Below, one piece after another: positions 60,796 through 64,000 of a stretch of DNA of 64,000 nucleotides. The stretch covers positions 246,144,055-246,208,054 of the forward strand of contig NC_133622.1 of assembly GCF_048593235.1 (NCBI RefSeq), written 5' to 3'. The DNA is from Sminthopsis crassicaudata (lineage: Eukaryota). Made by a program: the position numbers and the translations under genes. Under the pieces are notes generated by a model that did not search any database, was not told the DNA's origin, and was given only the letters and a program-made list of their open reading frames with translations. How positions within the stretch are numbered: position 1 is the first letter of the stretch; each line of letters begins with the position of its first letter.

Positions 60796-60871
60796 ATTTA
60801 ATGAGATTAAGGGAGAACGGTTTTCACTTTGTTGTTTATGAAAAAGATTGTGCCCTAATTATACTCAAGGA
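60796..60871 (+). promoter_or_regulatory. Sixth copy of the candidate OR promoter module, with no OR downstream within the window
   Basis: TTTAATGA 60797-60804, TAATTA-T-ACTCAAGGA 60856-60871, followed by GAATACTCTGATGATTTC. Confidence 0.5.
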
Positions 60872-62415
60872 ATTGGTCAGAGAATCCATAAGAACCATGG
60901 TCATGATGATGTTTACCTTGAATACTCTGATGATTTCACCACACTTTCTCCCAAAGACACTGGGCAATATATTTCATAGTTCTATAAGAATTCCTAATTC
61001 CTCCTGAGTTGGGAATTTAAGGGTGTGGACTCAGAAGTCAGGGGAAGTAAGAGGCCTTAATATCTAACAGATTTAATGAGCCACTGCTCTTTTGTGAGGC
61101 AGGGTCTAGGGATGGGTATATTCCCAATTGTCAGGGCTACAAATCAAGATAAGAATGCAGTTTAAGGTCTTGGAAATCTTGGAAGTTCTGTGCTGTTTTT
61201 TTGAAAAGAAGAGAGTTGATTCCTCAATAAGCAAAGATCTTGAATCTTTTCCTTCCTAGTTTCTCCAGTCTTTATGGGGGAGGGGTGAAAGGGTCAGAGG
61301 GGGTGCACAGTATCAGAATAACCTACCCAGCTTACCGGCCCCTGAGGTATTTGGGTTGTCCTGAGATGAAGGGAAATAGGGCCCAAATTCCTACCAGGGA
61401 GCAGGACACTGGGGGCCAGTTCAGCTCCTGTGCTGTAGTTTTTCCAGTTTCCCTCCTACTCCAACTTAGGACAGAGACTGGGATCTCCTCAACCAGTTTC
61501 CTACAGGAGTCTAAGTGTGGGAGAAATTTTTAAAAAAGCACATCTGCTCCAAGTGTTTCTTTCAGGAGGCAGAAGTTGCCCTTAGAAGAGAAGAACTGAG
61601 TCTCAGGTTAACAAGATAAAGGGAAACCAACAGGTGTTAGAAATCAATTTTGGTCTTATAGATCTCTATTAATTGTCCAGTAACAGATAGATGACCAGGC
61701 TAAATAGTTATTTGCCCAAGCATTTAGGATACAATGATTACATATAGTTAGGCTAAAAACAGCAAGGTATGACATAATTGAATTGCATTAACAATTTTTA
61801 TTGACTATTGCTCTGATCTTAGAAATTGGTTACAGGAGGAAAAAATGCAAGAACATAAATTCTAAACAAATATTTATCATAACCTTATATTGATAGCAGT
61901 AAATAATTTGTCCCAATAAGTTCATAACTTAAAAAATTATCATATCCAAGTAGATGTTTAATAAGTGAACATTATTCATACAAATCAGTTTGCTTTTAAA
62001 ATCCCCAGTACATAGAAAAATATCCCAAATTGCATATTGTCCTTAACAGAAACATTTTCAAAAGGACAAGGGAAAAGAAAAAAAAACCTTATCATTTTAG
62101 AGGCTCTGACCCAATACAATACAATCTATTTAAACTTATACAGAATGTCCAATTCCACACAAGAGAATTCAAGAAGTTAGCAGTTAAACTTTTAACATAG
62201 GTTAAGTTTGAATTTTATTGCTATTTACCAATCTCTTTTACTTCAAAAGGAGTTAGCTTTGGTGGGTGTGTCTCCTAGCAGCAGGGAAGCCCTTTCAAGG
62301 TGGGTGGAGACAAATTAGTTAATCTGTTCAGTGGAGTTTATTGAGAGGCAGTAATTGGACCACAACTCTATAGCTTTTGTTCTCTTTAGGCATCCCTGAG
62401 AGATATGACAAAAAC

Positions 62416-64000
62416 TTTTAATTTTTTTTAATTTAATTTTTATTTTATTTTATAATTATAACTTTTTTTTTTGACAGTACATATGCATGGGTAATTTTTT
62501 TACAACATTATCCCTTGCACTTATTTCTGTTCAGATTTTTTCCCTTCCTCCCCCAACTCCCTCCCCCAGATGGCAGGCAGTCTTATACATGTTAAATATA
62601 TTACAATATATTCTAGATACAATATATGTGTGTAGAACCGAATTTCTTGTTGCACAGGAAGAATTGGATTCAGAAGGTAAAAATAACAGTTTACACTCAT
62701 TTCCCAGTGTTCCTTTTCTGGATGTAGCTGATTCTGTCCATCATTGATCAATTGGAATTGGATTAGCTCTTCTTTATGTTGAAGATATCCACTTCCATCA
62801 GAATACATCCTCGTACAGTATCATTGTTGAAGTGTATAATGATCTTCTGGTTCTGCTCATTTCACTCAGCAACAGTTGATTTAAGTCTCTCCAAGCCTCT
62901 CTGTATTTCTCCTGTTGGTCATTTCTTACAGAACAATAATATTCCATAACATTCATATACCATAGTTTACCCAACCATTCTCCAATTGATGGACATCCAT
63001 TCATCTTCCAGCTTCTAGCCACTATGAAAAGGCTGCCACAAACATTTTGGCACATACAGGTCCCTTTCCCTTCTTTAGTATTTCCTTGGGATATAAGCCT
63101 AGTAGTAGTATGGCTGGGTCAAAGGGTATGCACATTTTGATAACTTTTTGGGCATAATTCCAGATTGCTCTCCAGAATGGTTGGATTCTTTCACAACTCC
63201 ACCAACAATGCATCAATGTCCCAGTTTTCCCATAGCCCCTCCAACATTCATCATTATTTGTTCCTGTCATCTTAGCCAATCTGACAGGTGTGTAATGATA
63301 TCTCAGAGTTGTCTTAATTTGCATTTCTCTGATCAATAGTGATTTGGAACACTCTTTCATATGAGTGGAAATAGTTTTAATTTCATCATCTGAAAATTGT
63401 CTGTTCATATCCTTTGACCATTTATCAATTGGAGAATGGCTTGATTTCTTATAAATTAAAGTCAATTCTTTGTATATTTTGGAGATGAGGCCTTTATCAG
63501 AACCTTTAACTGTAAAAATGTTTTCCCAATTTGTTACTTCCCTTCTAATCTTGTTTGCATTAGTTTTGTTTGTGCAGAAACTTTTTAATTTGGTGTAATC
63601 AAAATTTTCTATTTTGTGAAAAATAATGGTCTCTAGTTCTCCCTTGGACACAAACTGCAGAGTCTTCTTCTATCTCTGGGAGTCCTCTCTTTTATTCTCC
63701 CAGAGAATGGGCGTGGGATAATGCAAGGGCTTCTGGGAAGAACCACCTCAGCCAATGAGCCTGCCCTTCCATCAAGTCAACCTGAGTTCTCACCTTGTAA
63801 TTGTCCAACTGAATTCCACCTTGTCACTATCCAGACAACCCGAGTCTCACCTAGTAATCCCAACAACAAACTCCTTCCTCCTCCACAAGTCTGAGAGGTA
63901 AACCATCCCATGTTCCTCCAATTTATTTATGATTTCGTTTTTATGCCTAAATCTTGGACCCATTTTGATCTAATCTTAGTATGTTGTGTTAAATGTGGGT
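62416..64000 (-). mobile_element. Relatively young L1: 3' UTR, A tail and ORF2 C-terminal region
   Basis: ORF 63022..63651 reads LKSFC...WENIF...TTLRYH...CWRGYGKTGTLMHCWW (L1 ORF2 cysteine-rich domain). T-rich tail at 62416-62472. Confidence 0.93.
63656..63865 (-). mobile_element. 210-bp solo LTR related to the provirus LTR, inserted in L1 ORF2, TSD ACAAAC
   Basis: ACAAAC at 63650-63655 and 63866-63871, TG..CA ends. 63685-63865 aligns with 30946-31134. Confidence 0.88.

Noticed and set aside
1-64000. CRISPR arrays, rRNA, tRNA genes or prokaryotic systems
   Set aside because: None seen. tRNA-like sequence is limited to SINE heads and the two PBSs, and the short direct repeats are LTR enhancer repeats without unique spacers.

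Overview
AT-rich mammalian genomic DNA. WSINE1-like SINEs and marsupial-type L1 ends point to a marsupial, plausibly a dasyurid; this is inferred, not database-confirmed. The window holds five plus-strand, single-coding-exon olfactory receptor genes of the OR14-like class II type (ATGs at 9084, 18408, 29276, 42159, 53277). The last four sit in ~10 kb tandem duplication units, and a sixth unit starts but is broken off. The rest is L1/L2/MIR/SINE remnants, solo LTRs, microsatellites and six assembly gaps. Main observations: (1) A young 3.5 kb minus-strand betaretrovirus-like provirus (30667-34178, 6-bp TSD CAAGTA). It has an intact 607-aa Gag but no pro/RT/env apart from a decayed integrase C-terminal scrap, and two perfect 18-nt primer-binding sites in tandem (tRNA-Lys1,2 then tRNA-Lys3). 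Its LTRs differ only at the candidate poly(A) signal. (2) A related but much shorter 210-bp solo LTR with its own TSD. (3) A 128-bp inverted piece of OR coding sequence about 1 kb upstream of OR gene 2, next to a duplicated AT-rich palindrome. (4) A spacing-conserved O/E + homeodomain + composite HD-O/E motif set upstream of every OR. (5) Paired loss of two ECL2 cysteines in all five receptors, and an apparent gene-conversion tract between OR genes 3 and 4. All comparisons were made by eye.
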